A stretch of 38,227 nucleotides of DNA from a virus (taxonomy: Duplodnaviria > Caudoviricetes). Shown one piece after another: positions 14,118 to 23,957 of this stretch. Each line of letters starts with the position of its first letter. Positions within the stretch are counted from its first letter, which is position 1. The position numbers and the translations under genes were made by a program. Location of the stretch: IMG/VR virus record IMGVR_UViG_3300012665_000204, positions 1 to 38,227 of that record, one strand, 5' to 3'. Under the pieces are notes generated by a model. It saw only the letters and a list, made by a program, of their open reading frames with translations, ran no database searches and was not told where the DNA came from.

Positions 14118-15360
14118 CTTTGAACTACTGCCTTGGCAGCAAGAGGTCTACAAAGACCCTACAAGATTTAAGGTTATTGTTGCTGGTCGTCGCTGTGGTA
14201 AGTCAAGATTGTCTGCCATCAGTTTGATTGTCGAAGGACTAAAGTGTCCTAAAGGTTCAGCAGTAATGTATGTAGCTCCTACGCAGGGGCAAGCAAGACA
14301 GATTATTTGGGATGTCCTCATGGACTTAGGAAGAGAAGTAATTGCGTCTTCCCACGTTAACAACATGGACATCACCTTAGTAAATGGTGCAAAGATTTAT
14401 GTCAGAGGCTCAGATCGTCCTGATACACTTCGTGGTGTCAGTTTAACGTATCTAGTGTTAGACGAGGTAGCTGACATTAAGAGTGAGACTTGGGAGAAGG
14501 TCCTACGTGCTGCACTGTCAGACAAAAAAGGGAATGCCTTATTTATTGGCACACCAAAGGGACGTAACTGGTTTTACGATATGTACAATATCGGTCTTGA
14601 AGAAGAAGACAAAGATTGGAAGTCTTGGCACTTCACCACCAAGGACAATCCGCTGATTGATCCTGAAGAGATTGAAGGTGCAAGAAAGAGTTTAAGTTCT
14701 TTTGCATTCAAGCAAGAATTTGAAGCAAGCTTTGATAACGCTGGTACAGACGTATTCAAAGACGCTTGGTTGAAGTATGGTGAAGAGCCTACCAACGGTG
14801 CTTACTACATCGCAATTGACTTAGCTGGCTTTGAGAATATGAACAACTCAGCCGAGCGTAAGAAGCGATTAGATAAAACAGCTATCGCAGTAGTTAAAGT
14901 AGATGAAGACGGTGAGTGGTTTGTTAAGAAGATTGAAACTGGTAGATGGGATATTCAAGACACTGCCAGACGCATCCTAAAGAACATAGCGGAGTTTAAA
15001 CCGTTAGCAGTAGGGATAGAGCGAGGAAGTCTTAAGAACGCTGTGTTGCCCTATCTGAGCGATCTGATGAGGTCTAACAATGTGTACTGTCATATTCAAG
15101 ACTTGACACATGGTAATAAGAAAAAGACTGAACGTGTGATCTGGGCATTACAAGGACGATTTGAGCATGGTAAGGTTGTCCTCAACGAAGATGAAGATTG
15201 GGATGAGTTTAAGGATGAGTTCTTAATGTTCCCAACACCACAAGTGCATGATGACTTGATTGACGCTTTAAGCTACATTGACCAACTAGCGGTTACGTCT
15301 TATTTCTCAGACGATAACTCCGATGAATATGAACCTTTGGATATGATAAGTGGATACTAA
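14107..15360 (+). CDS. terL: Terminase large subunit
   Basis: AGRRCGKS, LRG, VLDE, GTP, IDLAG, HDDLIDALSY. Confidence 0.96.
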   Translation: MKLDFELLPWQQEVYKDPTRFKVIVAGRRCGKSRLSAISLIVEGLKCPKGSAVMYVAPTQGQARQIIWDVLMDLGREVIASSHVNNMDITLVNGAKIYVRGSDRPDTLRGVSLTYLVLDEVADIKSETWEKVLRAALSDKKGNALFIGTPKGRNWFYDMYNIGLEEEDKDWKSWHFTTKDNPLIDPEEIEGARKSLSSFAFKQEFEASFDNAGTDVFKDAWLKYGEEPTNGAYYIAIDLAGFENMNNSAERKKRLDKTAIAVVKVDEDGEWFVKKIETGRWDIQDTARRILKNIAEFKPLAVGIERGSLKNAVLPYLSDLMRSNNVYCHIQDLTHGNKKKTERVIWALQGRFEHGKVVLNEDEDWDEFKDEFLMFPTPQVHDDLIDALSYIDQLAVTSYFSDDNSDEYEPLDMISGY

Positions 15361-15808
15361 TACAAGCTGTCCTTTAGCAACTTACGACATTAAACACAAC
15401 CTCAAGAAACGTGACTGGGCTTTTAAGAACGTAGGCTATGGTCCTGCTAACCCTGAAGAGCCTAACAAACCTTTCTGGGCTGAAAGAGCTAAAGAGTGGA
15501 ACACCACTACAGATCAAGCTAAAACAATGCGTTGTGGTAACTGTGCTGCATTTATTCAAACATCTGACATGATGGAATGTATTCGTACAGGTATTGACAA
15601 GACAGAAGAAAGCTACGCTGACGACATGATCGAGAGTGCTGGCTTAGGATATTGTGAATTGTTTGATTTTAAATGTGCTGCTTCTCGCACTTGCAGTGCT
15701 TGGCTTGTCGGTGGTCCAATTACCGATGAAACAGAAGAAGAGATGGAATATACAAAAGAAACTGACCCAAGTTACAAAGACCCCTTCAAATCAACACTGG
15801 AAGACTAA
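15350..15808 (+). CDS. Cys-rich protein with HiPIP-like motif
   Basis: CGNCAAF...YCELF...TCSAW. Confidence 0.75.
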   Translation: MDTNTSCPLATYDIKHNLKKRDWAFKNVGYGPANPEEPNKPFWAERAKEWNTTTDQAKTMRCGNCAAFIQTSDMMECIRTGIDKTEESYADDMIESAGLGYCELFDFKCAASRTCSAWLVGGPITDETEEEMEYTKETDPSYKDPFKSTLED

Positions 15809-15811
15809 TAC

Positions 15812-17806
15812 ATGAGTGATCCGTTAATCGACGAAAACATCGATAAGAATGAATTTGTAACCGCTACAGATCCAGACAAAGAGTTAGTTGCGTTTGTTCT
15901 AGATCATTGTGATGAGTGGCGAGACCATCGTGATGTAAACCATGTAATCTACTGGGAAGAGTATGAGCGTCTATTCCGTGGTATTTGGGACGCATCAGAC
16001 AAGACTCGTGACTCTGAGCGTTCACAGTTAGTAACCCCAGCTATGGCTCAAGCAGTTGAGTCTAAGCAAGCTGAGATCTCTGAAGCAATCTTTGGTCGTG
16101 GTGAGTGGTTCGACATTGAAGATGACATCAACGACGAAGACAAATCAGATGTCCAACTTATGCGTCGTCAGATGCACGAAGATTTCCGTCGTAGCCGTAT
16201 CAAGAAATCGATTGACAATATTATTCTCCTTGGTGAGATGTATGGTACAGGTATTGGTGAGATTGTTATTGAAGAACAAACAATCCTAGCACCTGCTACC
16301 CAGCCTATCCCCGGAGCTAATATGGCTGCTATTGGGACAATGGAGAAGACGCAGTTCATGGTTGGCTTGAATGCTATCAACCCACGCAACTTCCTCATTG
16401 ATCCTAATGCCGAGACTGTAGATGAGTCTTTAGGTGTTGCAATTGAAGAGTATATGTCTTACTACACTATTGTACAAGGCATGGAAAAAGGTATCTATCG
16501 TAAGGTGGACGTAGTGCCTAGCTATCGTGATACTAAGCTAGAAAGCGTACAAGAAGATGTTATTTCTCGTTCAGACAAGATTCCAGTCATTCGCTACTAT
16601 GGTTTGATTCCACGTGCAATGCTTAACGGCTTAGAAGAAGCTGAAGCAGAAGCAATGGAACTCTTTCCTGAAGATAGCGTAGCTGACGAATACTCAGACA
16701 TGGTTGAGGCTGTTGTTGTTATTGCTGACAATCAGTATTTGCTCAAAGCAGAAGAGTCTCCTTACATGATGAAGGATCGTCCTGTAGTTGCTTATCAGGC
16801 AGATTCAATGCCGGGTCGCTTCTGGGGTCGTGGTACGATTGAGAAGGGCTACAACATGCAAAAAGCCCTTGACGCACAGATTCGTAGCCACTTAGACTCT
16901 TTAGCACTAACTACTGCTCCAATGATGGCTATGGACGCTACCCGTCTACCACGTGGTGCTAAGTATGAAGTACGTCCGGGTAAGAACTTCTTGGTTAACG
17001 GTAATCCTGCTGAGATTATGATGCCATTCAAGTTTGGTTCTACCGATGGTGGCAATATGCAGACTGCTACAGCATTCCAGCAGATGCTTTTAGCTGCTAC
17101 TGGTACTCTAGATAGTTCTTCTATGCCTAACTCAGTAGCTGGTGGTGAAGCTTCTGGTGCTGGTTTGTCGATGGCTCTGTCTGGTTTGATGAAGAAGAAC
17201 AAACGTGCCTTGATTAACTTCCAAGAAGACTTCTTAATACCGTTTATTGAACGTGCTGCATGGAGATTTATGCAGTTTGATCCTGAGCGTTATCCAGTCA
17301 AAGACTTCAAATTCATGCCTATTTCGACCATGGGAATGGTTGCAAGAGAGTACGAACAGCAGCAAATGGTTGGTTTAATGCAGACTTTGGGACCAAATAG
17401 CCCAATTACCCCTGTATTGCTCCAAGGTATTGTACAAGCTAGTTCATTATCCAATCGTGAAGACATTATTGCTCAGTTACAGAAGATGTCACAGCCTGAT
17501 CCACAAGCTCAACAACGTGCAATGCAAGAAGAACAGCTTAAAAATGGTCTGGTTGAGGCTCAAATCAACTACTACAACTCACAAGCTGGTAAGAGTATGG
17601 CTGATGCTCAGCAAACTCAAGTTGAAACTCAACTTTTACCTCAAGAAGTTGAAGCTAAGATGATTGGTAACATCTCACGTGGCTCTAAAGACCCGTCTGA
17701 CTTTGACAAACGAGTTAAGGTAGCTGAATTGGCACTTAAAGAACAAGATATTCAGTCCAATGAGCGTATTAGTGTTATGCAAATGCAACGTAGTAAGCTA
17801 GTATAA
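15812..17806 (+). CDS. Portal protein
   Basis: 664 aa after the terminase; YGTGIG, INPRNFLIDP, FWGRG; Q-rich coiled-coil C-terminus. Confidence 0.9.
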   Translation: MSDPLIDENIDKNEFVTATDPDKELVAFVLDHCDEWRDHRDVNHVIYWEEYERLFRGIWDASDKTRDSERSQLVTPAMAQAVESKQAEISEAIFGRGEWFDIEDDINDEDKSDVQLMRRQMHEDFRRSRIKKSIDNIILLGEMYGTGIGEIVIEEQTILAPATQPIPGANMAAIGTMEKTQFMVGLNAINPRNFLIDPNAETVDESLGVAIEEYMSYYTIVQGMEKGIYRKVDVVPSYRDTKLESVQEDVISRSDKIPVIRYYGLIPRAMLNGLEEAEAEAMELFPEDSVADEYSDMVEAVVVIADNQYLLKAEESPYMMKDRPVVAYQADSMPGRFWGRGTIEKGYNMQKALDAQIRSHLDSLALTTAPMMAMDATRLPRGAKYEVRPGKNFLVNGNPAEIMMPFKFGSTDGGNMQTATAFQQMLLAATGTLDSSSMPNSVAGGEASGAGLSMALSGLMKKNKRALINFQEDFLIPFIERAAWRFMQFDPERYPVKDFKFMPISTMGMVAREYEQQQMVGLMQTLGPNSPITPVLLQGIVQASSLSNREDIIAQLQKMSQPDPQAQQRAMQEEQLKNGLVEAQINYYNSQAGKSMADAQQTQVETQLLPQEVEAKMIGNISRGSKDPSDFDKRVKVAELALKEQDIQSNERISVMQMQRSKLV

Positions 17807-17826
17807 CAAAATAAGTTGCAAAGTAC

Positions 17827-17855
17827 TTGACAATTGGTTGAAATTGTGTTAAAAT
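17827..17855 (+). promoter_or_regulatory. sigma70 promoter for scaffold/capsid genes
   Basis: TTGACA-N17-TAAAAT with extended TG. Confidence 0.85.
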
Positions 17856-17908
17856 AGTGGTATTGCAGAAACTATAAACACATTTCTCCACTTGTTAAGG
17901 AAAAAGAA

Positions 17909-18163
17909 ATGAAAAAAGAATTACAAGACTATTACGAGAATAGATTCTCCATGATGGCTACACAAGGATGGCGAGACCTCCTTGAAGACCTAGAAATCAT
18001 GATTGAGGCAACAAATACACTAGCTGGTGTAGACACAGAGCAGCAACTGCATTTTAAAAAAGGTGAAATGTCAATCCTTAACTGGATCAAAAACCTTCGA
18101 GATGCTTCTGCCGAAGTCTACGACCAATTACAGCAAGAAGAGAAAGAATTAGAGTATGCCTAG
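17909..18163 (+). CDS. Hypothetical head-region protein
   Basis: ORF with TAAGGA SD. Confidence 0.8.
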   Translation: MKKELQDYYENRFSMMATQGWRDLLEDLEIMIEATNTLAGVDTEQQLHFKKGEMSILNWIKNLRDASAEVYDQLQQEEKELEYA

Positions 18164-18401
18164 ACGTCTGTATGAGTTTAAGTGTACCAAAGATCATATC
18201 ACTGAGCAGCTCGTCGATGAGACGATAAAGGTTTCTCAGTGCCGTGAGTGTGACGAGATGGCAACTCGTATCATCTCCCCTACTGGGATCTATCTAGAAC
18301 CCTTTAGTGGCAACCACGTCGGGGCTTATGACCGATGGACTAGGGTTAGAGCTGAGAAGCTCAAACAGGAGAAGAGACAAAATGCCGAACATGGCTCATA
18401 A
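18156..18401 (+). CDS. FmdB-like Zn-ribbon protein
   Basis: LYEFKC..H...CREC...RIIS. Confidence 0.75.
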   Translation: MPRRLYEFKCTKDHITEQLVDETIKVSQCRECDEMATRIISPTGIYLEPFSGNHVGAYDRWTRVRAEKLKQEKRQNAEHGS

Positions 18402-18461
18402 GTGGTGATCGTTACCACCGAGTTATTTTAAAAACATCCTACAATCTTTACGACAGGAAAC

Positions 18462-19280
18462 ATGATGGCTGAATTAATTGAAGTGCAAGATGACCAAGGT
18501 AGTGTTGATAGCTTAAACCAATCCATTACTGATGCAACCGCAGATACTGCGACAACTGCTCCAGAAGGACAAACAACTGAAACTGTAATTCCTGATAAGT
18601 ACAAAGGTAAATCCTTTGACGAAATCATGAAGATGCACCAAGAAGCTGAAAAGCTCATTGGACGACAGGCTCAGGAAGTTGGTGAAGTACGTAAACTAGC
18701 TGATGAGTTAATCAAGCAACAACTCAATACCAATAAGCAAGACACGCAGCCACGTGTAGAAGATAACGAGATAGATTACTTTGCTGATCCCGATAGGGCG
18801 GTAAATCATGCAGTAGAGAACAATCCGGTTGTTAAACAACTAAGAGAGCAATCGGAATTAGCAGCGAAACAGCAGGTTGTAGCGACCCTACAACAGCAGT
18901 ATCCTGATTATTTAAACATTGTTCAAACTGAAGATTTTGCCAACTGGGTTAAGTCCTCGAAAGTACGGACTAATTTGTTGATTGACGCTGAGAATTATAA
19001 TTTAGACGCTGCTCAAGAATTGTTGGAAACATATACAGCAATCAAGGGTATCAAAGCACAGAATGCTCAAAAAGCTGATGCTGCTTTAGTCGAAGATGCT
19101 AAGACTACACGTTCACAAACACTTAGATCTGCTGCTGTTCAAAAGGGCGGTACTGGGGAAGTAGGCAAACCTATTTATAAACGTGTCGATTTAATTCGTT
19201 TAAGAATGACAGATCCTAACAGGTACAACGATATGCAAGACGAAATTCATGCTGCGTATGCCGAAGGACGAGTCCGTTAA
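18462..19280 (+). CDS. Capsid scaffolding protein
   Basis: PDKYKGKS, helical acidic body, C-terminal AYAEGRV; precedes the major capsid gene. Confidence 0.8.
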   Translation: MMAELIEVQDDQGSVDSLNQSITDATADTATTAPEGQTTETVIPDKYKGKSFDEIMKMHQEAEKLIGRQAQEVGEVRKLADELIKQQLNTNKQDTQPRVEDNEIDYFADPDRAVNHAVENNPVVKQLREQSELAAKQQVVATLQQQYPDYLNIVQTEDFANWVKSSKVRTNLLIDAENYNLDAAQELLETYTAIKGIKAQNAQKADAALVEDAKTTRSQTLRSAAVQKGGTGEVGKPIYKRVDLIRLRMTDPNRYNDMQDEIHAAYAEGRVR

Positions 19281-19303
19281 TTTAATTTTAGGAGATTTTT
19301 AAA

Positions 19304-20224
19304 ATGGCTTTAGGTACAGATCATCAAACAAAAACAACTGGCGATAAGTTTATCCCAGAGATTTGGTCCGACGAAGTAGTTGCGACCTACAAAAAGAACT
19401 TAGTTCTAGCAAACCTCATCAAAAAATTGTCTTTCAAAGGCAAAAAAGGTGACACACTCCATATCCCTAAACCGGGTCGTGGTTCCGCTAACGCAAAAGC
19501 TGCTTCTACTCAAGTAACATTGAATACAGATACAGCGACTGAAATTCTCGTGTTGATTAACCAGCACTTTGAATATTCAATCTTGATCGAAGATATTGTT
19601 GACGTACAAGCTTTGGCTTCTATGCGTCAGTTCTACACTGATGACGCTGGTTACGCTTTGGCTCGTCAAGTAGACAATTCATTGATCCAATTGGGTCGTG
19701 GTGTTAACGGTGGTGACGGCACAGCAGCTTACACAGCAGCTTACGCTGGTTCAAACGGTACAACTGCTTATGTTGCAGCTTCTAACAACGAAGCAGCTAT
19801 CGCTGACGCAGCTATCCGTCGTTCAATCCAGCGTTTGGATGACAACGATGTTCCAATGGACGGTCGTTTCTTAATCGTTCCACCATCAAGCCGTAACACA
19901 TTGATGGGTATTCAGCGTTTCACTGAGCAAGCTTTCGTTGGTGAAGCTGGTTCACAGAACACAATCCGTAACGGTGAAGTTGGTAACGTATACGGTGTTC
20001 CAGTATTCGTATCTACAAACGCTGATACAACATCTGGTTCAGGTGCAGCTCGTATTGCATTGCTAGGTCATCGTGACTTCGCTGTGTTAGCTGAGCAAAT
20101 GGCTGTTCGTTCACAAACTCAATACAAACAAGAGTACCTCGGTAACTTGTTCACTGCAGACACAATCTACGGTGTTAAAGAGTTGCGTGATGGTTCCGCT
20201 GTTGCATTAGCTGTTCCAGCCTAA
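19304..20224 (+). CDS. Major capsid protein
   Basis: FIPEIWS, GDTLHIP, LDDNDVP, D.IYG motifs; strong SD and biased codons. Confidence 0.92.
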   Translation: MALGTDHQTKTTGDKFIPEIWSDEVVATYKKNLVLANLIKKLSFKGKKGDTLHIPKPGRGSANAKAASTQVTLNTDTATEILVLINQHFEYSILIEDIVDVQALASMRQFYTDDAGYALARQVDNSLIQLGRGVNGGDGTAAYTAAYAGSNGTTAYVAASNNEAAIADAAIRRSIQRLDDNDVPMDGRFLIVPPSSRNTLMGIQRFTEQAFVGEAGSQNTIRNGEVGNVYGVPVFVSTNADTTSGSGAARIALLGHRDFAVLAEQMAVRSQTQYKQEYLGNLFTADTIYGVKELRDGSAVALAVPA

Positions 20225-20239
20225 GTAGTTTGATTCACT

Positions 20240-20270
20240 CTGCCCTGATAGAAACTGTCGGGGCAGTTTA
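20240..20270 (+). terminator. Hairpin/terminator after the major capsid gene
   Basis: CTGCCCTGATAG-AAA-CTGTCGGGGCAG followed by TTT. Confidence 0.65.
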
Positions 20271-20320
20271 CTAAAGAGTTCTTTAACATAGAATTCTTTA
20301 TTAAACTGTGGAGATATAAT

Positions 20321-20488
20321 ATGGCATTATTTAAATGCAACCAAACAGGCAATACTGTTGAGTTTGATCTCGAGCACGATATTGCTGCAATGCGTTCACA
20401 CCCAGACTATGAAGAGGTCCTCGAAGAGGTTAAACCTGTTGTAGAAACTAAAGAAAAGAAAACTGTAGCTAAATCTAAGGCTGAATAA
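20321..20488 (+). CDS. Small hypothetical protein (55 aa)
   Basis: Hand translation MALFKCNQTGNTVEF...; GGAG SD, TAATG coupling. Confidence 0.8.
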   Translation: MALFKCNQTGNTVEFDLEHDIAAMRSHPDYEEVLEEVKPVVETKEKKTVAKSKAE

Positions 20489-21474
20489 TGAGCATCTATC
20501 GTGGTGCAGGTGGAGCAGGTGATGCTACAGCAGACTCTTCTAGCGAAGCGTTATTAATTCGTGATCTAGCTGAAGAAGTACAAGCTGACGCAGACGCTGC
20601 TGCTACTTCGGCTAGTGCTGCTTCAGGTTCTGCTACATCCGCAGCAAGTTCTGCTAGTGCTGCATCTACATCAGCAACTAACGCTAGTAACTCTGCGTCT
20701 TCAGCAAGTACTTCAGCTACTAACGCATCTAATTCTGCGACCACAGCAAGTACTCAAGCATCTAACGCAAGCACTTCAGCAACTGCTGCTGCAGCTTCTG
20801 CAACCAGTGCTTCAAACTCTGCTACTACAGCAACTACACAGGCTACTAATGCTTCCACTTCCGCATCTGGAGCAAGCACTTCAGCAACTAACGCATCCAA
20901 CTCAGCCACTACAGCAAGCACTCAAGCAACAAACGCTGCAAGCAGTGCATCAAGTGCTTCCACATCTGCTACAAACGCAGCAACATCATCTACTTCCGCA
21001 TCAGGAAGCGCTACTTCAGCAACTTCTTCAGCCTCTAGTGCCTCTACTTCTGCAACTAATGCAGCGTCCAGCGCTACAAGTGCAACAGGATCAGCAAGCA
21101 CAGCAACAACTCAAGCAGGTATAGCAACAACACAGGCTTCCAATGCCTCTAGTTCGGCTTCTGCTGCGTCTACGTCAGCTAGTAATGCTAGTACCTCAGC
21201 TACTAACGCTGCAGCCTCTGCGACCTCTGCAAGTGGCTCTGCGTCGACTGCTACTACACAGGCATCTAATGCCAGTACTTCAGCTAGTAATGCTTCTACT
21301 TCGGCAACTAACGCTGCCAATTCAGCAACACTTGCAGCATCATATACACCAAGTCAAACTGGTAACGCAGGTAAGTTTTTAACAACTAATGGTACTTCAA
21401 CTTCATGGGGTACTGTTACAGTCGATGCAGACCCTGCTGGTACTGCTGTAGCTCTCGCAATCGCACTAGGATAA
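20488..21474 (+). CDS. Ala/Ser/Thr-rich fibre stalk protein
   Basis: ~14-aa repeats (ASTSATNASNSATT); C-terminal GKFLTTNG...AIALG. Confidence 0.8.
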   Translation: MSIYRGAGGAGDATADSSSEALLIRDLAEEVQADADAAATSASAASGSATSAASSASAASTSATNASNSASSASTSATNASNSATTASTQASNASTSATAAAASATSASNSATTATTQATNASTSASGASTSATNASNSATTASTQATNAASSASSASTSATNAATSSTSASGSATSATSSASSASTSATNAASSATSATGSASTATTQAGIATTQASNASSSASAASTSASNASTSATNAAASATSASGSASTATTQASNASTSASNASTSATNAANSATLAASYTPSQTGNAGKFLTTNGTSTSWGTVTVDADPAGTAVALAIALG

Positions 21475-21477
21475 ACA

Positions 21478-21804
21478 ATGGCAAATACATTTAAGAATTA
21501 CTTTAGCAAGTCTGTTGGCACATCTGCTGCTACAGTTTATACTTGTCCTTCAGCGACACAAACAACTATCATTGGTATGTCGATTGGTAACACTACATCG
21601 TCACCTATTACTTGTGATGTGTTTGTTACTTCTTCTGCTGTAGATTACTACTTAGTTAAGGGTGCTACAGTGCCTGTTGGTGGTTCTCTAGTGCCTATCG
21701 GTGGCGACCAGAAGTTATGCTTAGAAGCTGCTGATGTACTCAAGGTAGTTAGCTCTGCTGCATCTTCTGCTGATGTTATCGCATCCTTACTGGAAATTGC
21801 TTAA
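21478..21804 (+). CDS. Fibre-associated structural protein
   Basis: MANTFKN..., beta-rich; follows the AIALG fibre. Confidence 0.75.
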   Translation: MANTFKNYFSKSVGTSAATVYTCPSATQTTIIGMSIGNTTSSPITCDVFVTSSAVDYYLVKGATVPVGGSLVPIGGDQKLCLEAADVLKVVSSAASSADVIASLLEIA

Positions 21805-23102
21805 TGGCTTATATCGGTTCTACTCCTACAAGTCAGAACTTTATTGCTGGTACTGACTACTTTAATGGCACAGGCTCACAGACTGCGTTTACTTTAACTC
21901 GTTCTGTAAATTCAGTAAACGATATTGAATTAGTTATTAACAATGTTATTCAACAACCTAATAGCTATACAGTTAGTGGCACTACATTAACTATCTCTGC
22001 TGCTCCATCTAGCGGAACAAGTAATGTGTATGTTCGTTATCTATCTACTACACTACAGAGCATTACAGTCCCTGCTAATAGTATTACTCGTACACAACTA
22101 GATAGTAACTTACAAGCTGCTGCTGTAGGAAAAAATCGCATTATCAACGGAGCAATGGTTATTGACCAAAGGAACGCTGGTGCTAGTGTTACTCCTAGTG
22201 CTGGTTCGCTTACATATACATTAGATAGATGGAGTGCACAATATTCTGTTGGTTCTAAATTTAGCGTTCAGCAAAACGCTGGCTCTGTTACACCACCAGT
22301 AGGATTTACTAATTACTTAGGCGTTACTTCATTAGCGACTACTTCATTAGGTGCTGGCGATTATTACAATATTGCACAATCTATTGAAGGATTTAATGTT
22401 GCTGACTTGGGTTGGGGAACTGCAAACGCTAAAACTGTTACTTTGTCATTTTGGGTTAGAAGTTCTTTAACTGGAACTTTTGGTGGTGTATTAAGCAATT
22501 CTTCACAACTTCGTAGTTATCCATTTACTTATACAATTTCTGTTGCAAATACTTGGGAATACAAAACTGTAACGATTGCTGGTGATACTACTGGCACTTG
22601 GCTAACAACTAACGGCATAGGGCTGACTATTTGGCTTGGTCTTGGAGTGGGCACTACATATAGTGGAACGGCTGGTGCATGGTCAGGAAGCGTTTTACTT
22701 TCAGCTACAGGAGCAACATCCGTAGTAGGAACTTCAGGAGCAACCTTCTATATTACTGGTGTTCAACTAGAAGTAGGAAGCAGTGCTACTGGATTTGAGT
22801 ATCGTATGTATGGTCAAGAGTTAGCTAACTGCCAAAGATATTTTTATAGAAAAACATCCGATACTGTTACTGATGCACTTGTTATTCCAGCCCCATATAA
22901 TTTAACTGCAACAAATGCTTGGGCTGCTTGGTGGCATCCAGTAACAATGCGAGCAATACCAACATATTCAAATGGAGCTAGTTTTGCTGGTGGTTCTCCT
23001 GCAACAGTAAACCCTGGAATTCGTCACCTTATTATGCAATTTACTAATGGCACTTACTATATCCAAGGTACAACAACATTCGATGTATCTGCGGAGTTAT
23101 GA
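21804..23102 (+). CDS. Tail fibre/receptor-binding protein 1 with a carbohydrate-binding-like domain
   Basis: MAYIG N-domain; KNRIINGAMVIDQR...ITGVQLEVG...ELANCQRYF. Confidence 0.8.
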   Translation: MAYIGSTPTSQNFIAGTDYFNGTGSQTAFTLTRSVNSVNDIELVINNVIQQPNSYTVSGTTLTISAAPSSGTSNVYVRYLSTTLQSITVPANSITRTQLDSNLQAAAVGKNRIINGAMVIDQRNAGASVTPSAGSLTYTLDRWSAQYSVGSKFSVQQNAGSVTPPVGFTNYLGVTSLATTSLGAGDYYNIAQSIEGFNVADLGWGTANAKTVTLSFWVRSSLTGTFGGVLSNSSQLRSYPFTYTISVANTWEYKTVTIAGDTTGTWLTTNGIGLTIWLGLGVGTTYSGTAGAWSGSVLLSATGATSVVGTSGATFYITGVQLEVGSSATGFEYRMYGQELANCQRYFYRKTSDTVTDALVIPAPYNLTATNAWAAWWHPVTMRAIPTYSNGASFAGGSPATVNPGIRHLIMQFTNGTYYIQGTTTFDVSAEL

Positions 23103-23104
23103 TT

Positions 23105-23263
23105 ATGTATAAATTACTTATAAATCCAATGACAGGAAATCCACACAATGTTATTTTTAGGACAGAAGGTAATGCTTTTATTCCTATGGTAGAAGATAAC
23201 ACAGACTACCAAGCCTACCTCAAGTGGTTAGCACTTGGCAACGAACCAGAAAGTGCTGAATAA
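23105..23263 (+). CDS. Small fibre chaperone-like protein
   Basis: Hand translation ...FIPMVEDNTDYQAYLKWLALGNEP; GGAG SD. Confidence 0.75.
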   Translation: MYKLLINPMTGNPHNVIFRTEGNAFIPMVEDNTDYQAYLKWLALGNEPESAE

Positions 23264-23730
23264 TGCCTATCTCTAAGATTGAATCTGCTGGTTTAGGAGT
23301 TGGTACAGTATTACAAGTTGTTCAAACTACAAGCACAACTTTAGCTTCTACAAATTCAAATAGTTTAGTTGATTCAGGTATTAGTGCTTCTATTACACCT
23401 AAATTTGCAACTAGCAAAATTCTTGTTTGTTTAAGTATTCCAACTAGAAAGAACCTTGTTAATGGTATAAACATGGCTTTATATCGTGGAGGTAGTAGTA
23501 TTACTGGTATTGTTTATGGTGGTGGATACAATGGTGGAACTTCAACAGTCAACAGCGTTGGGTATTCCTTAAACTATTTAGATTCCCCTGCTACTACATC
23601 AAGTACAACTTATAAAATTTATTTTTGCTGCACAAGCGGTGGTGGTGGAGGTGGCTCAAACTGCTCAATAAACCCTGATGGTGGTAGCAATGATATTACA
23701 ACAATTACCTTATTGGAAATTGCACAATGA
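23263..23730 (+). CDS. Fibre tip protein A (paralogue of 25085-25570)
   Basis: VLQVV...ITPKFATSKIL...YLDSPATTS...TITLLEIA. Confidence 0.8.
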   Translation: MPISKIESAGLGVGTVLQVVQTTSTTLASTNSNSLVDSGISASITPKFATSKILVCLSIPTRKNLVNGINMALYRGGSSITGIVYGGGYNGGTSTVNSVGYSLNYLDSPATTSSTTYKIYFCCTSGGGGGGSNCSINPDGGSNDITTITLLEIAQ

Positions 23731-23957
23731 TAGATATGACACAAGCTATATATAAGCTCTATTCGCAAGTAGTTACTATCATTGGCGATGTTGCTTACGA
23801 TGTAAACGGTAATGTAGTTAATTATGACCTACAAGCCGTAACTGCACAGGCTGAAGCGGATGCTCAAGCAGCTATAGATACAAAGGCTTCTGCACTAGAT
23901 AAACTAACTGCACTTGGTTTAACTCAAGCTGAAGTTAAAGCTCTCTTAGGACTATAA
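23727..23957 (+). CDS. Small chaperone-like protein (paralogue of 25567-25800)
   Basis: YDLQAVTAQAEADAQA...KLTALGLT. Confidence 0.75.
   Translation: MIDMTQAIYKLYSQVVTIIGDVAYDVNGNVVNYDLQAVTAQAEADAQAAIDTKASALDKLTALGLTQAEVKALLGL
23823..23942 (+). repeat. Direct repeat copy 1 (copy 2 at 25669-25788)
   Basis: Exact 32-bp (23826-23857 / 25672-25703) and 22-bp (23877-23898 / 25723-25744) blocks. Confidence 0.85.

Noticed and set aside
20496-21382. Alternative-frame and antisense ORFs in the stalk gene
   Set aside because: Shadows of low-complexity Ala/Ser/Thr codons (L/Q-rich or A/E/V-rich)
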